From Cirrosporium novae-zelandiae (lineage: Eukaryota), in assembly GCA_026023565.1 (NCBI GenBank), contig JAPETS010000052.1, positions 1 through 64,000 on the forward strand: DNA of 64,000 nucleotides, read 5' to 3'. Under the pieces are notes generated by a model, which saw only the letters and a list, made by a program, of their open reading frames with translations, was not told the origin of the DNA and did no database searches. Shown one piece after another: positions 63,201 to 64,000 of this stretch. Each line of letters begins with the position of its first letter. Position 1 is the stretch's first letter. A program made the position numbers and the translations under genes.

Positions 63201-64000
63201 GTTGGCGGAAGAGGGTTCAGGGGATTGTGGAAGCTCCTTAAGGTCATAAGATAGGACCTGAGCAAGAATAAATCTGTAAAAGGTTCGGGGTTCTGGTGGA
63301 ATATAGGTGAAAGGATGTTTCCCGTCGTCCTGGGGCTCTGAAGTCCCATCGGTCAAAGAGAGGTTGCTTAGGTCAACTGGCTGGTCGATAACATAGGAAG
63401 ATGCATTCTCGAAAGCATCAAGGGGAGTCCGTGTCATATCTGAGCTCGGGCTCTGTGGACTGCTGGATGATGGCTGGAATTGTGGCAATGCTCCCGGCGA
63501 TGTGGCCTTTGCAAGTTCTGGGTTTGCTTGCACGATCGCAAGCATCATTTGGGAGAGATCTGGACCTTCCGCTTTCCTCCACACCTCATATGCATCTTCC
63601 AAGTCGAAGTCTTCACTCCGTAACGTCTTTTTAGTGTTCAAGTTTAGATACATCTGGTAAGCCTTGAGGTCCTGAAGTGCCGCCTTCTCTGTCCATGTAG
63701 TCTTATTCTTGTCGATATCCGACTGGACTTGAGTATTTGTGAGGCCGAAAATGCGTCCAACTGCCTGCGCCAAAGGCATGTCTTCGACATCATAACTAAC
63801 CGGAGCAACAACTTCAATAGTCGTGCTAGAAGAAGCATTGCCCAGCTTTGCCGCATCAGTAAGGTCCTGATCATGCTTAAGCAGTTTTGACTCAAGAGTG
63901 GCGAGACGGTTTGTCAACTCTGGTCGATCCCTCGACCAGTCATGGGCCTTCAATACTAGAATAACAATTCGTACAAATAGAGCAACATGCCGATCGACCA
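60227..64000 (-). CDS. Munc13-like MUN/C2-domain protein (S. pombe Git1-like), 5' end outside the window; exons >64000-62578, 62528-62343, 62290-61822, 61767-61183, 61132-60227
   Basis: C2 domain (IKIVEGEDLKACDINGLSDPYVVL...TLNPRWDE...IWDWD) and MHD1/MHD2-like helices (HSVSVIDIF, PLFTYFDDNF, RLWKEVL). Four GT-AG introns keep the frame, which stays open to the window edge. Confidence 0.93.

Noticed and set aside
1..64000. CRISPR array, rRNA, intact transposon or secondary-metabolite cluster
   Set aside because: I found no regularly spaced repeats, rRNA motifs, transposase/RT/integrase ORFs or PKS/NRPS genes.

Overview
Intron-rich fungal genomic DNA, probably from a filamentous ascomycete (Eurotiomycete-like is an inference from protein similarity). 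I reconstructed 14 protein-coding genes, splicing the 13 intron-containing ones by hand: XLF/Nej1 (-) head-to-head with cactin (+), a forkhead transcription factor, a PgaX-type GH28 exopolygalacturonase, RPL34 (-), RPL25 (+), an intronless signal-peptide-bearing DUF1264/OBAP protein, an Stb6-like protein, a HET-6-type heterokaryon-incompatibility protein, a small UPF0390/DUF2462 protein, a TRP/FLC-type membrane protein, a Zn2Cys6 transcription factor, an SCOC/Slo1 coiled-coil protein and a 5'-truncated Munc13-like MUN/C2 protein. tRNA-iMet(CAT) and an intron-containing tRNA-Ser(TGA) lie between the two ribosomal protein genes. The long intergenic stretches hold microsatellites, degenerate stop-interrupted gene relics and RIP-like TpA-rich patches. 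I cannot support a novel multi-gene system. The best leads are a hairpin-dense region behind a TATA box at about 16.3-16.95 kb (candidate ncRNA), a second branch point/acceptor in cactin intron 3 (possible autoregulation), a non-canonical acceptor in the Zn2Cys6 gene, a GC-AG intron in XLF, a 771-nt RPL34 intron and a PD-(D/E)xK-like pseudogene. Family assignments come from recalled motifs, not database searches.
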